In this document: one piece after another, positions 1 through 9,476 of the stretch
Numbering within the stretch: position 1 is the first letter of the stretch
Layout of the letters: every line of letters begins with the position of its first letter
Made by a program: the position numbers and the translations under genes
Notes under the pieces: generated by a model
What the model saw: the letters and a program-made list of their open reading frames with translations, nothing else
Databases searched by the model: none
What the model was told of the DNA's origin: nothing
NCBI GenBank assembly: GCA_002500505.1
Contig: DLRM01000043.1
Span: 125,623-189,622 of the forward strand
Direction of reading: 5' to 3'
Length of the DNA stretch: 64,000 nt
Origin: Planctomycetes bacterium UBA7888
GTDB taxonomy: Bacteria > Planctomycetota > UBA1135

Positions 1-452
1 ACGCAACCGATGATTTCAACACCCTTCGCATGGGCCCGTTTCATAATGGCTGCGTGTTGGGCCATGGCCTCTTCATGAGTAGCCCGAAAATTCTTGGTGT
101 TATGAGCTTCCGAGGATGAAATCATTAAAATGATTTTGTCGGCACCATAGCCTTGGTCAATGCACTGCTCTAACCTTTCCCAGCCCCTCATATTAGGCAT
201 CAGGATTCGGAATTTAGTGTTGTGACCGTCGCGGCGAATTCCTTTTAACAAATCAACCGCATCGCCGAATTGTGGCAATAGCTTCGGGTTGGAAAAGGAG
301 GTAACCTCAATCTCGGGGATGCCCGCATCAATCATCCCATGAAGCATTTCAAGTTTCTTTTCGGCAGGAACAATCGTCGCAATGGACTGCAGTCCATCAC
401 GGCACCAGCATTCACCAAAGGTTATGGAGTCAGGAAGAGGAGAGTCACCCAT
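1..452 (-). CDS. HMG-CoA lyase-like DRE-TIM metallolyase, N-terminal part only (C-terminus lies beyond the window start)
   Basis: Hand translation of the minus strand from ATG at 452..450 gives MGDSPLPDSITFGECWCRDGLQSIATIVPAEKKLEMLHGMIDAGIPEIEVTSFSNPKLLPQF... The CRDGLQS and IEVTSF motifs fit the (P)RDGLQN...IEV(T/G)SF pattern of hydroxymethylglutaryl-CoA lyase family enzymes. The frame stays open to position 1, so it is absent from the ORF track because it is truncated. Confidence 0.7.
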   Translation of the reverse strand, partial: MGDSPLPDSITFGECWCRDGLQSIATIVPAEKKLEMLHGMIDAGIPEIEVTSFSNPKLLPQFGDAVDLLKGIRRDGHNTKFRILMPNMRGWERLEQCIDQGYGADKIILMISSSEAHNTKNFRATHEEAMAQHAAIMKRAHAKGVEIIGC

Positions 453-535
453 AAAGGGATTCTACTCCTTCCAAAGGAGGACTTGAAAGCCTAGCACCGA
501 AGCAACTTTCAGCATAAGCCGTTACAATTCCAACC

Positions 536-799
536 ATGCCCGAAATCGAAATCTATACCAAAACAGTCTGCCCTTACTGCACGATGGCTAAACGCCTCCT
601 GGAATCGAAAGGTGCGTCCTGGGAAGAAATCAATCTGAGTGAAAACCCCGAGAGGACAGACGAAATGATTGCTCGAGCAGGAGGCAAAATGACAGTCCCA
701 GAGATTTTCGTGGATGGAAAACTCGTTGGCGGCTATGACGACCTGGCCCAGCTCGCCCAAAACGGCCAATTGGACGCTTTATTGGCCTCTTCGACCTAA
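536..799 (+). CDS. grxC: Glutaredoxin (Grx3-type)
   Basis: 87-aa ORF with a CPYC active site (TKTVCPYCTMAKRLL) and a TVPEIFVDGKLVGGYDDL glutaredoxin signature. Typical size. Confidence 0.9.
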   Translation: MPEIEIYTKTVCPYCTMAKRLLESKGASWEEINLSENPERTDEMIARAGGKMTVPEIFVDGKLVGGYDDLAQLAQNGQLDALLASST

Positions 800-842
800 G
801 TTCTCCAAATCAAAGGGCTCTCCTGGGTGATAGACTAGGTGG

Positions 843-2777
843 ATGCTCCTTGCTCATATTTTCGCTCTATCCACGGGGTTCCTTTTTGCCCCTGCGCCTC
901 CTCAGGAACCTTCCCAGCTCTTCTTCCTCAACGGGGAAGAGTCCGTGGAACTGCGAGTGGATGGCTCCTCCCTTGGGGTTCGATTTGCTCCAAGCTTAAA
1001 CGAATCTGAGGTCCGCCAGCTTCTTGGGAAAATATCGGTTCTTTCGATTGGCCAAGCCCAGTCGGCTATCTTTCTGCCCGCAAAAACTGTTTATTTAGAT
1101 ACCGCCTTAGGCACCACTCCGCAGGAGGCCCTAAATGCTGCTCAAAAAATTCGCGCGATGCCCGGAGTCCTCTCGGCAAGTCCCCGACTTTGGGCTTTAG
1201 AAGACCCCTACTATTTAACTGAGGACATTCTTGTGCGCTGGAAACAGGATGCCCCCCTTCCTTCCCGACAACGAGAGACCCAAGGCTTAACGAGAACAAC
1301 AGCCTTGGCCTATTCTCAGAATCCAGGTGAAGTCTTTCAGGTCCCCCACGGCACCGACCCTTTAGCCATTGCCAACCGAATCGCCAGTTCCGGTTTAGTT
1401 GAGTTCGCAATTCCTGACTTTCAACTGCATCGTATCGTTTTAGGTGGGACCAATGACCCTATTTACCCTGACCAGTGGCACTTAGAATCTACCGGCCAAA
1501 ATGGTTCGAAGCCCGACGCAGACATTGATGTGGAAGAAGCCTGGGACACCACCCGAGGGCTTGCCTCGGTAACCGTGGCGGTCATTGACACTGGAGTCGA
1601 GCTCGACCATCCCGACTTGCGTGACCACCTTTTGCAGGGAATCGATGTCCTAGACAATGACAACGACCCCAAAGCGGAAGATTTCTTGTTCGGCTTGATC
1701 ACAGAAAACCATTCAACCTCGGTGTGTGGAGTTGCAGCGGGCCATGGAAATAACAGCGAAGGAATCTCAGGGGTCTCGCAAGAATCCGGCATCATTCCTA
1801 TCCGTTTTTTGTCTGAGTGGGTTCTAAATCAACCCACTATCCAAGATGAAGCCGACGCTTTCAATTTCGCAAACAGCGCCGGCGCTTCGGTTGTCAATAA
1901 TTCCTGGGGTCCATCTGCTGCCGCCCCTTTGCCGGCTTCAACTAAAGCTGCAATTGACGACATCACAGAAAATGGACGTAACGGTTTAGGTTCCGTCGTC
2001 TTCTTCGCCGCAGGAAACTCTGGGGCCTCAAACGACACAAACGGATATACCTCCTACTCTCGCACTGTGTCCGTTTCTGCTTGTACCGACCAAGAGGTCC
2101 TTGCAAGCTATTCGTCTTTTGGGAAAAGCACCATGATTTCTGCCCCATCCAATGGAGGAATCAATGGCATCACTACAACAGATCGCTTGGGCAATAAAGG
2201 GTATAGCAGTGGTTCCTACACCGATGGATTTGGAGGAACCTCTAGTGCTTCCCCTTGCGCTTCTGGTGTCATGCTTCTCATTCTGTCCGCAAACCCCGAC
2301 ATGACTCGCTGGGAAGCAACTGCTACCTTGCTAGGGAACACGGATGTAATCGACCCAACAAATGGAAACTACAACAATCGTGGTCATTCGAACCTGTATG
2401 GCTATGGTCGCGCTAATGCCGCCTCAGCAGTTTCAGGTGCAACTCGCGTTGATAGTGTCGCTCTTTCTGGAACCTCAATGGGTTCTGTTGGCAGCACGGC
2501 GACCTTTGACATTTCTGCTGCACCAGCCAATGCGACTTGGAATCTTTATTGGTCCTGGAAAACGAACGGCTCGGTTGTAAACGGACTCCACCCGCTTGAC
2601 ATTGGCGGGAAAATCCACTTGCTCGCTACAGGTCAAACAGATTCAGCAGGCACTGCCTCCTGGACTTCCGCCCCCCTCCCTTCTGGCATATCCGGTCGTT
2701 CCGTTTATCTTGAGGCTTTGGTCTCTCATAACGGACTCGACTTTGACTCTGACCCTTGGGTCATGAGCGTTCAATAA
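843..2777 (+). CDS. Secreted subtilisin-like serine protease (peptidase S8) with a C-terminal non-catalytic module
   Basis: 644 aa. Subtilase triad motifs are present: VAVIDTGV (Asp), HSTSVCGVAAG (His), GGTSSASPCASGV (Ser). Hydrophobic N-terminus. The last ~110 aa (2448..2774) form a separate module (see findings). Confidence 0.85.
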   Translation: MLLAHIFALSTGFLFAPAPPQEPSQLFFLNGEESVELRVDGSSLGVRFAPSLNESEVRQLLGKISVLSIGQAQSAIFLPAKTVYLDTALGTTPQEALNAAQKIRAMPGVLSASPRLWALEDPYYLTEDILVRWKQDAPLPSRQRETQGLTRTTALAYSQNPGEVFQVPHGTDPLAIANRIASSGLVEFAIPDFQLHRIVLGGTNDPIYPDQWHLESTGQNGSKPDADIDVEEAWDTTRGLASVTVAVIDTGVELDHPDLRDHLLQGIDVLDNDNDPKAEDFLFGLITENHSTSVCGVAAGHGNNSEGISGVSQESGIIPIRFLSEWVLNQPTIQDEADAFNFANSAGASVVNNSWGPSAAAPLPASTKAAIDDITENGRNGLGSVVFFAAGNSGASNDTNGYTSYSRTVSVSACTDQEVLASYSSFGKSTMISAPSNGGINGITTTDRLGNKGYSSGSYTDGFGGTSSASPCASGVMLLILSANPDMTRWEATATLLGNTDVIDPTNGNYNNRGHSNLYGYGRANAASAVSGATRVDSVALSGTSMGSVGSTATFDISAAPANATWNLYWSWKTNGSVVNGLHPLDIGGKIHLLATGQTDSAGTASWTSAPLPSGISGRSVYLEALVSHNGLDFDSDPWVMSVQ

Positions 2778-2792
2778 CTTCGGCTACCTTTT

Positions 2793-3875
2793 TTAGATTA
2801 GAAAGTGCGCAATATCTCCATCGCGCATCACGTATTCCTTGCCTTCAGTGCGTAACTTTCCTGCAGCCTTGACAGCTGCTTCAGAGCCATATTCTGTGAG
2901 ATCTCCAACACTATAGACTTGAGCACGAATGAACTTTTGTTGAAAATCTGTATGAATAACGCCGGCGGCCACGGGAGCTGTATCCCCCTCATGAATCGTC
3001 CAAGCTCGGATTTCGATTTCACCAGCGGTGAAATAGGTTTGCAGCCCTAAAAGCGCATAAACCGATTTGGTAAGACGTCCCAAGCCAAGTTCCTCAACAC
3101 CAAACTCCTTCATAAACATCTCTTTTTCCTCTTCATCCATGCGACGAAGTTCGAGCTCGATATCTCCGCATATAGGGATCCACTCACTTCCATTCGCCAT
3201 GGCATGCTGAGCCACCGCTTTGGCATGAGTAGAGCTTCCATCTAAATCCTCATCAGAAACATTGGCAACATAAAGAACAGGTTTTAAGGTGAGCGGACAT
3301 AAGGGCTTTAGGATTTTCCGTTCTTCCTTTGTCCAGTCCGAAGAGCGGAGCTGTCTCCCCTGTTCCAATAGCGCCTCTGCCTTTTGATAAACTGATAATA
3401 GGTTTGAGGCTTCCTTATCTACTCTTGCTTTTTTTGCGCACCGCTCACAGGCTCGGCGTACGGTGACCAAATCTGCAAGGGCAAGCTCTAGTTCAATAAC
3501 TTCAATATCGCCAACTGGGTCAACAGCCTCTTCACGGATAACCTTTTGGCCTTCAAAGCACCGAACCACATGCATAATGGCGGAGCACTCCTTGATGTTT
3601 CCAAGAAACTGGTTGCCCATGCCTTCCCCTTCTGAAGCCCCCTTCACAAGGCCGGCAATATCAACTACTTGCACAACTGCAGGCAAGACGCGGTCGGTCT
3701 CGATAAAGCCGTGAATCAGTTCGAGGCGTTTGTCGGGAACCTCAACCACAGCCATATTGGGTTCGATGGTGCAAAAAGGAAAGTTCCCAACCTCGGCCTG
3801 AGCAGCAGAGAAGGCAGAGAAGATGGTGGACTTCCCTACATTTGGAAGTCCGACAATTCCGCAGGAGACGGCCAT
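2793..3875 (-). CDS. ychF: Ribosome-binding ATPase YchF
   Basis: 360 aa. P-loop GIVGLPNVGKSTIF at the N-terminus and the YchF C-terminal region (RAWTIHEGDTAPVAAGVIHTDFQQKFIRAQV). Canonical length. Confidence 0.95.
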   Translation of the reverse strand: MAVSCGIVGLPNVGKSTIFSAFSAAQAEVGNFPFCTIEPNMAVVEVPDKRLELIHGFIETDRVLPAVVQVVDIAGLVKGASEGEGMGNQFLGNIKECSAIMHVVRCFEGQKVIREEAVDPVGDIEVIELELALADLVTVRRACERCAKKARVDKEASNLLSVYQKAEALLEQGRQLRSSDWTKEERKILKPLCPLTLKPVLYVANVSDEDLDGSSTHAKAVAQHAMANGSEWIPICGDIELELRRMDEEEKEMFMKEFGVEELGLGRLTKSVYALLGLQTYFTAGEIEIRAWTIHEGDTAPVAAGVIHTDFQQKFIRAQVYSVGDLTEYGSEAAVKAAGKLRTEGKEYVMRDGDIAHFLI

Positions 3876-3889
3876 GGTAGCCGAGTATT

Positions 3890-5335
3890 TTAGCGGAGCT
3901 TCACTCGATACACACCATCATCTGCGACAAGGGGAGTCGTAGTGCTTGGGTCGCCCCAGCGAACCGTAGCGAAGGCATAACTCATATCAGCATTGAAGGT
4001 AATTCCTGCGGCGTTAGCCTCGGAATAGCCTAAGGTCGGAGAAACATCCAATCCAGCATCCCAATTCCCAATCCAAGCAGTGCTGGCAGAATCCCGCGAG
4101 GCATAGACCTTAGCGTTGTTCGACGAGCTGTTGCCTTGGTCCGTCCCAATGGAGCCCAGAAGAACAGCTTTCTCAGTATTCCCTGTCCCCACAGCAACGG
4201 TTCCAACAGAAGTACAGTCAATGAACTTCACGGTAGCCCCACCTGCGGGAGGTGCTGTCCAAGAAGAGATGAAAGGAAGGCCAGCGTTTCGAGCTTGCCA
4301 ATTCCCGTTCTTAGTAAAAAAGGCGCCCTGTCCTCGATTCACCACCAATGCATTGCCGCCGAGGTCAATATCAAATGTAAGCCCTGTGTGAGTAGACCAC
4401 ACGTTAATCGAATTCCCTGTTGAGTTGCTCAACATCACGATGGAGGCGGAAATTCGCGCCACACTGGTTCCAAGGCTAACACCTTGTTTAATGTTAGTAG
4501 GAAGCCCGCTGCTTGCTTCTCGAAAATTCCCGGTCCCTGAGTTCGAGCTATAAAAAACTTTGCCACTAGTTTTCGCCGTTTTACTTCCGAAGAGAAGGAC
4601 TGTGTTGACATGAATCTCGGCCATTCCCAATAAGACATAGTTCGGGGACTGAGGAAGGACAACAATGCTGGAGGGGACAGCTGTCCTTGAATTCCCATCT
4701 GCGACGTTATCGTAGCGAGAGGGGAGACCAGTGTTGTTTGACTGCCATGAGGCTCCGCCGTCATGGCTCAAATAAAATCCTGGATGGTCCGGGGATAGAT
4801 TGAAAATATCTAATCCATCCGTTTGGGCGACACTCACATAAACCTTATCGGCATCGGCAGGATCCACAGCAATGGCAACACCCGAGTGATTCCCATTGGG
4901 AAAAGGCAAACCGTTGTTCATGGCCGCCCAACTGATTCCACCGTCAGTCGATTTAAAAACGCCGTACTCCTTTGTAGAGACATAGAGCGTGTCCGGAGAA
5001 CTCTCACTGATTGCAAGCCCAAGGATGCTGTAATCAGGAGACATCACCGCATCGCTCAATACAGTCCAGGTCACTCCCAAATCCGAACTTTTCCAAATCC
5101 CATCGGCCGGTCCAGGAACACCCGAAATCGGGTCCAGTGAACTCATCGTGCACAGGTAAATTACATTTGGGTTGGTTGGATGAGCAACAATTCGCCCAAA
5201 GTCGGCTTGGAGGTTATTCCCCGTAAGGCTCGTTTGATTCCAAACATAACTCGATTGCCTCGACTGCCCAAAAGCAAGCTCTGGGAGAGCGAAAGCAACA
5301 ACAAAGAGGGCAAGGCCAAGGAGGGGATTTCTCAT
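3890..5335 (-). CDS. Secreted BNR/Asp-box repeat beta-propeller protein (sortilin/Ycf48-like), function unknown
   Basis: 481 aa. Signal peptide (LALFVVAFALPELAFGQ). Three clear Asp-box motifs of form SxDxGxxW: SSDLGVTW, STDGGISW, SHDGGASW. Confidence 0.6.
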   Translation of the reverse strand: MRNPLLGLALFVVAFALPELAFGQSRQSSYVWNQTSLTGNNLQADFGRIVAHPTNPNVIYLCTMSSLDPISGVPGPADGIWKSSDLGVTWTVLSDAVMSPDYSILGLAISESSPDTLYVSTKEYGVFKSTDGGISWAAMNNGLPFPNGNHSGVAIAVDPADADKVYVSVAQTDGLDIFNLSPDHPGFYLSHDGGASWQSNNTGLPSRYDNVADGNSRTAVPSSIVVLPQSPNYVLLGMAEIHVNTVLLFGSKTAKTSGKVFYSSNSGTGNFREASSGLPTNIKQGVSLGTSVARISASIVMLSNSTGNSINVWSTHTGLTFDIDLGGNALVVNRGQGAFFTKNGNWQARNAGLPFISSWTAPPAGGATVKFIDCTSVGTVAVGTGNTEKAVLLGSIGTDQGNSSSNNAKVYASRDSASTAWIGNWDAGLDVSPTLGYSEANAAGITFNADMSYAFATVRWGDPSTTTPLVADDGVYRVKLR

Positions 5336-5363
5336 CCCAAAAGCCTACCAGAGATTGGGAATC

Positions 5364-6914
5364 CTACTCAAAATCAAAGGAAATACCCTGCGCAAGCGGC
5401 AGCTCATCTCCCCAGTTCACTGTGTTGGTTTGGCGGCGCGTGTAAGCCTTCCAAGCGTCGGAGCCGGATTCGCGGCCCCCGCCAGTTTCCTTTTCGCCAC
5501 CGAAGGCACCACCAATTTCGGCACCCGAAGTACCGATATTGACATTTGCAATACCACAATCCGAACCGACTGCAGATAGAAATCGCTCAGCCTTTCGCAT
5601 GTTCAACGTGAAAATGGAAGAACTCAAGCCTTGGGGTACATCGTTGTGGACTTGAATAGCGTGGTCCAAATCTTGAACCTCCATGATGTAGAGTAAGGGG
5701 CCAAAAGTCTCATCTTGCACAATCTTCCAAGAATTCTCGGCGGTGGCGATGGCAGGAGTTAAAAAGAAACCACCCTCGCAACCCTCAGGCTTGATTTGTT
5801 CGCCGCCGCAAAGAATTTCACCGCCATTTTTCTTCACTTCTTCGATGGCGGTTAGAACATCATCGCAAGCGCCCTGGTCAATCATGGGCCCCATCAGAAT
5901 TCCTTCTTCGAGGGGATTGCCAATTGAAACGGAAGCATACATTTCAAGCAAGCGCTTCACTAATTGTTCTCGCACATCTTTATGGACTAAAACGCGCCGA
6001 GTAGAAGTACAACGCTGACCAGCAGTGCCTACAGCACCAAACATAATCGCACGAGCTGCCATTTCAAGGTCGGCATCTTCCATCACCACAACAGCATTGT
6101 TGCCGCCAAGTTCAAGAATGGTGCGCCCGTAACGCGAAGCTAAAGTTTCCGCGACATGTTTACCCATCGAGCAAGATCCCGTTGCAGACACTAAAGGAAC
6201 ACGCTTGTCGTTCAAAAGAATCTCGCCCACTTCGGAACCTCGACCAACAACCAAGGAGCAGACGGCACCCCAACCTGCGGGTTCCAGAACTCGAGCGGCC
6301 ACCTTGGTCATAGCAACGGCGGTCAGTGGAGTTTTCGAACTCGGTTTCCACAAGGTAGAGTCACCACAAATCATGGCCAACATGGAGTTCCAAGCCCACA
6401 CTGCTGCCGGGAAGTTAAAGGCAGAAATAACGCCCACAACACCCAATGGATGCCATTGTTCCCGCATGGCATGCTGAGGCCGTTCGGAATGCATAGACAA
6501 TCCATAAAGCATGCGAGATTGGCCCACCGCGAAGTCAGCGATATCAATTGCTTCCTGAACTTCCCCTAAGCCTTCTTGAAGAATCTTGCCCATTTCCCAA
6601 GCCACAAGCTTGCCGAGAGGCTCCTTGTACTTGCGGAATTCTTCGCCAATCAATCGCACGTATTCGCCACGTTGAGGAGCCGGGAGCTCCCGCCATTTCA
6701 AGAAGGCTTCATGAGCGGTCTGTGCCACCTTTTCATAGTCGTCAGCATTGGCCTGCTTTATGGTGCCGATTTGCTCACCGGTGGCAGGACTGTAAACAGC
6801 CAATTCCGAGCCGGAGCATTCCAACCACTCACCACAATAAGCGCCACTCTGGACGCCCGTCAGGCCGAGTTCATCAAGAAAGGAGAGGTCAATCACGGAG
6901 GAGGATGCAGTCAT
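5364..6914 (-). CDS. ALDH7-type aldehyde dehydrogenase (alpha-aminoadipic semialdehyde / piperideine-6-carboxylate dehydrogenase-like)
   Basis: 516 aa aldehyde dehydrogenase. The C-terminal EKETGGGRESGSDAWKAYTRRQTNTVNWGDELPLAQGI closely matches the antiquitin (ALDH7) tail as I remember it. Catalytic Cys context is GTAGQRCTSTRR. Confidence 0.85.
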   Translation of the reverse strand: MTASSSVIDLSFLDELGLTGVQSGAYCGEWLECSGSELAVYSPATGEQIGTIKQANADDYEKVAQTAHEAFLKWRELPAPQRGEYVRLIGEEFRKYKEPLGKLVAWEMGKILQEGLGEVQEAIDIADFAVGQSRMLYGLSMHSERPQHAMREQWHPLGVVGVISAFNFPAAVWAWNSMLAMICGDSTLWKPSSKTPLTAVAMTKVAARVLEPAGWGAVCSLVVGRGSEVGEILLNDKRVPLVSATGSCSMGKHVAETLASRYGRTILELGGNNAVVVMEDADLEMAARAIMFGAVGTAGQRCTSTRRVLVHKDVREQLVKRLLEMYASVSIGNPLEEGILMGPMIDQGACDDVLTAIEEVKKNGGEILCGGEQIKPEGCEGGFFLTPAIATAENSWKIVQDETFGPLLYIMEVQDLDHAIQVHNDVPQGLSSSIFTLNMRKAERFLSAVGSDCGIANVNIGTSGAEIGGAFGGEKETGGGRESGSDAWKAYTRRQTNTVNWGDELPLAQGISFDFE

Positions 6915-6926
6915 GGGAGGAAGATT

Positions 6927-9395
6927 CTACTCCTCTCCCCCTTCTTCAAGCCCCTTCATCTCCTTCAACTTCCAGGCCTCATTCCACCATCCCGCTGCAA
7001 GGATGGCATCATCTCCACTTTGGAGAACTTGGGAATTAAAAACAGTGTAATCGGGATAACCGACACCAGAAATAAAGGGTGCGAGGGTGTATCCCAGCCG
7101 AGCCCCTGCAATCCCGGTACTAGCAAAAGCTGCAACTAGTGTCTCATGCTCTCCTTTGCGAGGAAGCACAAAAGTGGCCCCAAGATCATCCCCTTTCCAA
7201 GTTTGACTCCCTAAACGGATTTTGTTTTTGCTGACCTGAATTGGGTGGTCATCTGCAAGAACCGTATCCCAAGCGGCATTATTTTCCGTATTTCCATAGA
7301 GGATGATATTTCGATGGGTGAAGTCTTCTTGGCTATCTGGGTCAAGGAACTCTCGGTCCGAACAAAGGCGAGCGTGACCATTTGCGCGATAAAACCAAAT
7401 TTCAGAATCGTAGCGGGCGCGAGCAAGAAGTTCTTCGGTCTCCTTTTCAGATCCGATGGTTCCATAAATCAACACAAAGCTCTTGTCGAAGGCCCGCTTG
7501 AAGGGGCCAGTGCGGTTCGGACTCTTTTCTGTACTCGGAGGACCTCCATAGCGCAACTGCCACCGCCCCTCCTTCGATGTTTGAGTGGATTCGGACCAAA
7601 CAAACCAAACTCCATGCGGCGACGGCTCAATAGAGGAAAACTTTTGTCCGTCAATCGTGGCGCGCTCCAAGGGGAGATTCACACGAAAGTAACGGACGTT
7701 TTCCGTAGTCATGACCACTCCACTGCCGTCTTTTTCTCGCTCACCCGACAAATGAGCTTTTTCGCCGTAACGAAGGAATTGCTCCACCGTCACCCAGTGG
7801 TGTGCGGAATCAATGCCCGGGTCGGCTGTTCGAAAATCAAGCTGGAGAGGAGATTGGGGAACGGTTTGACCAGCAAAGGTTTTAAAAATACCCGGCCAAT
7901 CCATGCATTGATTCCCCCACCAATGACCGGCACCCGGTTCTAAATGGAAATCAAACTCAATCCCCTGCGCCTCACATGCGGCCATCATGTCCTTGGCTTC
8001 ACTCACGGGGACATTGTCATCGGCCTCGCCGTGAAGGACATATAGGGGCTTCCCCTGAAGATTTGAAAGCAGGCCGAGGGTGTCCGACGCACCATCTGCA
8101 CCAAACCAAAGCCCTTTCAAACTCCCTTCGGGCCGCGACCCATAGGTATCAAAAGAGCACCACCCCGCAGAGGGGGCAACGGCACACCAGGCGTCAGGGT
8201 TGTTCACCGCAAGGTGCCAAGCTCCGTGTCCTCCCATCGAGTGCCCCGTAAGGGCAACCTTATCTCGGGGCAAATCAAATCGATCGAGCATCAAATCTCG
8301 CACTTCATAAGCATCAAGGCGGCCCCAATCTTGCCAATCAAAACCGTAAGGAGAACGGTTTGTTGGACAAGCAATCCACCACTCCTTCTTGGGGGTAAAA
8401 CAATTGGCTTGGCTCATGGGCTTTACCGAAGCGCCATGCAAAGAAATCACCAAACCGCGCTCCCCTTCCATACTGGAATCCTCTGCCGGTGGCACTAAAC
8501 CAAACTGTTGCACCGTATTGTCCATGCCTGAGCGAAAGGTCTGCAAGTGGGCTTGCCCTTCTTTCTTCATTCCGATATCCAACCATTGCACTTGGGCGTC
8601 TTCGTTGCTTGCACCGCCCAAACTCAAATATAGCTTTTGGGGTTCAGGCTCCTCTGGAAGTTGGTGTCCATCGCGGGCAAGCAAATCAACCGGAACCCGC
8701 GTAACTCCAAGCGGCTCAATACCCCATGGAACTAGAGAGCGACGTCTAGCAAAGGGACCCACTCCGCCAGCAACGACATAAAGAAGAGGTATGGGCTCTG
8801 TGCTCAAGTTCATGAGAGCGACGGACGCTTCGCCACCCACGGCTCCTCCAGAGAGAAGATGAGGTGTTGTGCTGGTCCAATCCGCAAACACCAACTTTGT
8901 CGGGCGAGCATGGAAGGCCAGTTGGAAATTCCCTCGAGTACCGGTGACAAAAATATGGTTGTCCCCTTTTCGAAGAGCAACTGGATAGCCTTGATAACCG
9001 AAGCGATACGGGTCCCCCGAAAAGGCAACACCATTGAGAAAGAGAGTTGAGGCGCCCTGAAGGTCGGCTAAGAGAACGATATCGCGCTCAAGTTTCAGTT
9101 TGGCGTAAGCCCAAGCGGCACCGTTTGGAGAAGAGAAGTTCCCCTCATCATCCGCACTAGCAGAAACCCAAGTTGCTTTCCCTAACTCTCCCTCCAAAAT
9201 CTCGCCAACTTTGGGTGGAGATGATTCTGAATCCAATAAGTACTGCGAAAATACAGCATCTGGTCGAAAGGGACGCCGTCCACGACCATCTACAGCCTCC
9301 AAGGCTAGCCATTCCTTCACCACCAGATCTTGGTTAACCGAATCGTCACTCGCCCTAAAGAAAATGGAGCTTGTAAGGAGTAAGAGAATCAACAT
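6927..9395 (-). CDS. Large secreted alpha/beta-hydrolase (S9 peptidase/esterase-like core) with long flanking regions of unknown function
   Basis: The ORF track starts at TTG 9401. The first ATG at 9395 gives a signal-like MLILLLLTSSIFF. Nucleophile elbow GHSMGGHG, LHGEADDNVP and GAGHWW motifs are consistent with a Ser-Asp-His hydrolase core. Confidence 0.7.
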   Translation of the reverse strand: MLILLLLTSSIFFRASDDSVNQDLVVKEWLALEAVDGRGRRPFRPDAVFSQYLLDSESSPPKVGEILEGELGKATWVSASADDEGNFSSPNGAAWAYAKLKLERDIVLLADLQGASTLFLNGVAFSGDPYRFGYQGYPVALRKGDNHIFVTGTRGNFQLAFHARPTKLVFADWTSTTPHLLSGGAVGGEASVALMNLSTEPIPLLYVVAGGVGPFARRRSLVPWGIEPLGVTRVPVDLLARDGHQLPEEPEPQKLYLSLGGASNEDAQVQWLDIGMKKEGQAHLQTFRSGMDNTVQQFGLVPPAEDSSMEGERGLVISLHGASVKPMSQANCFTPKKEWWIACPTNRSPYGFDWQDWGRLDAYEVRDLMLDRFDLPRDKVALTGHSMGGHGAWHLAVNNPDAWCAVAPSAGWCSFDTYGSRPEGSLKGLWFGADGASDTLGLLSNLQGKPLYVLHGEADDNVPVSEAKDMMAACEAQGIEFDFHLEPGAGHWWGNQCMDWPGIFKTFAGQTVPQSPLQLDFRTADPGIDSAHHWVTVEQFLRYGEKAHLSGEREKDGSGVVMTTENVRYFRVNLPLERATIDGQKFSSIEPSPHGVWFVWSESTQTSKEGRWQLRYGGPPSTEKSPNRTGPFKRAFDKSFVLIYGTIGSEKETEELLARARYDSEIWFYRANGHARLCSDREFLDPDSQEDFTHRNIILYGNTENNAAWDTVLADDHPIQVSKNKIRLGSQTWKGDDLGATFVLPRKGEHETLVAAFASTGIAGARLGYTLAPFISGVGYPDYTVFNSQVLQSGDDAILAAGWWNEAWKLKEMKGLEEGGEE

Positions 9396-9476
9396 CCGCA
9401 AAAGGATACTCGGCTGGCACTCAAGACAAAAAAGCTTCGGGGTTCCATCTTGCTAGCAGAGGGGTAGGATTTGACT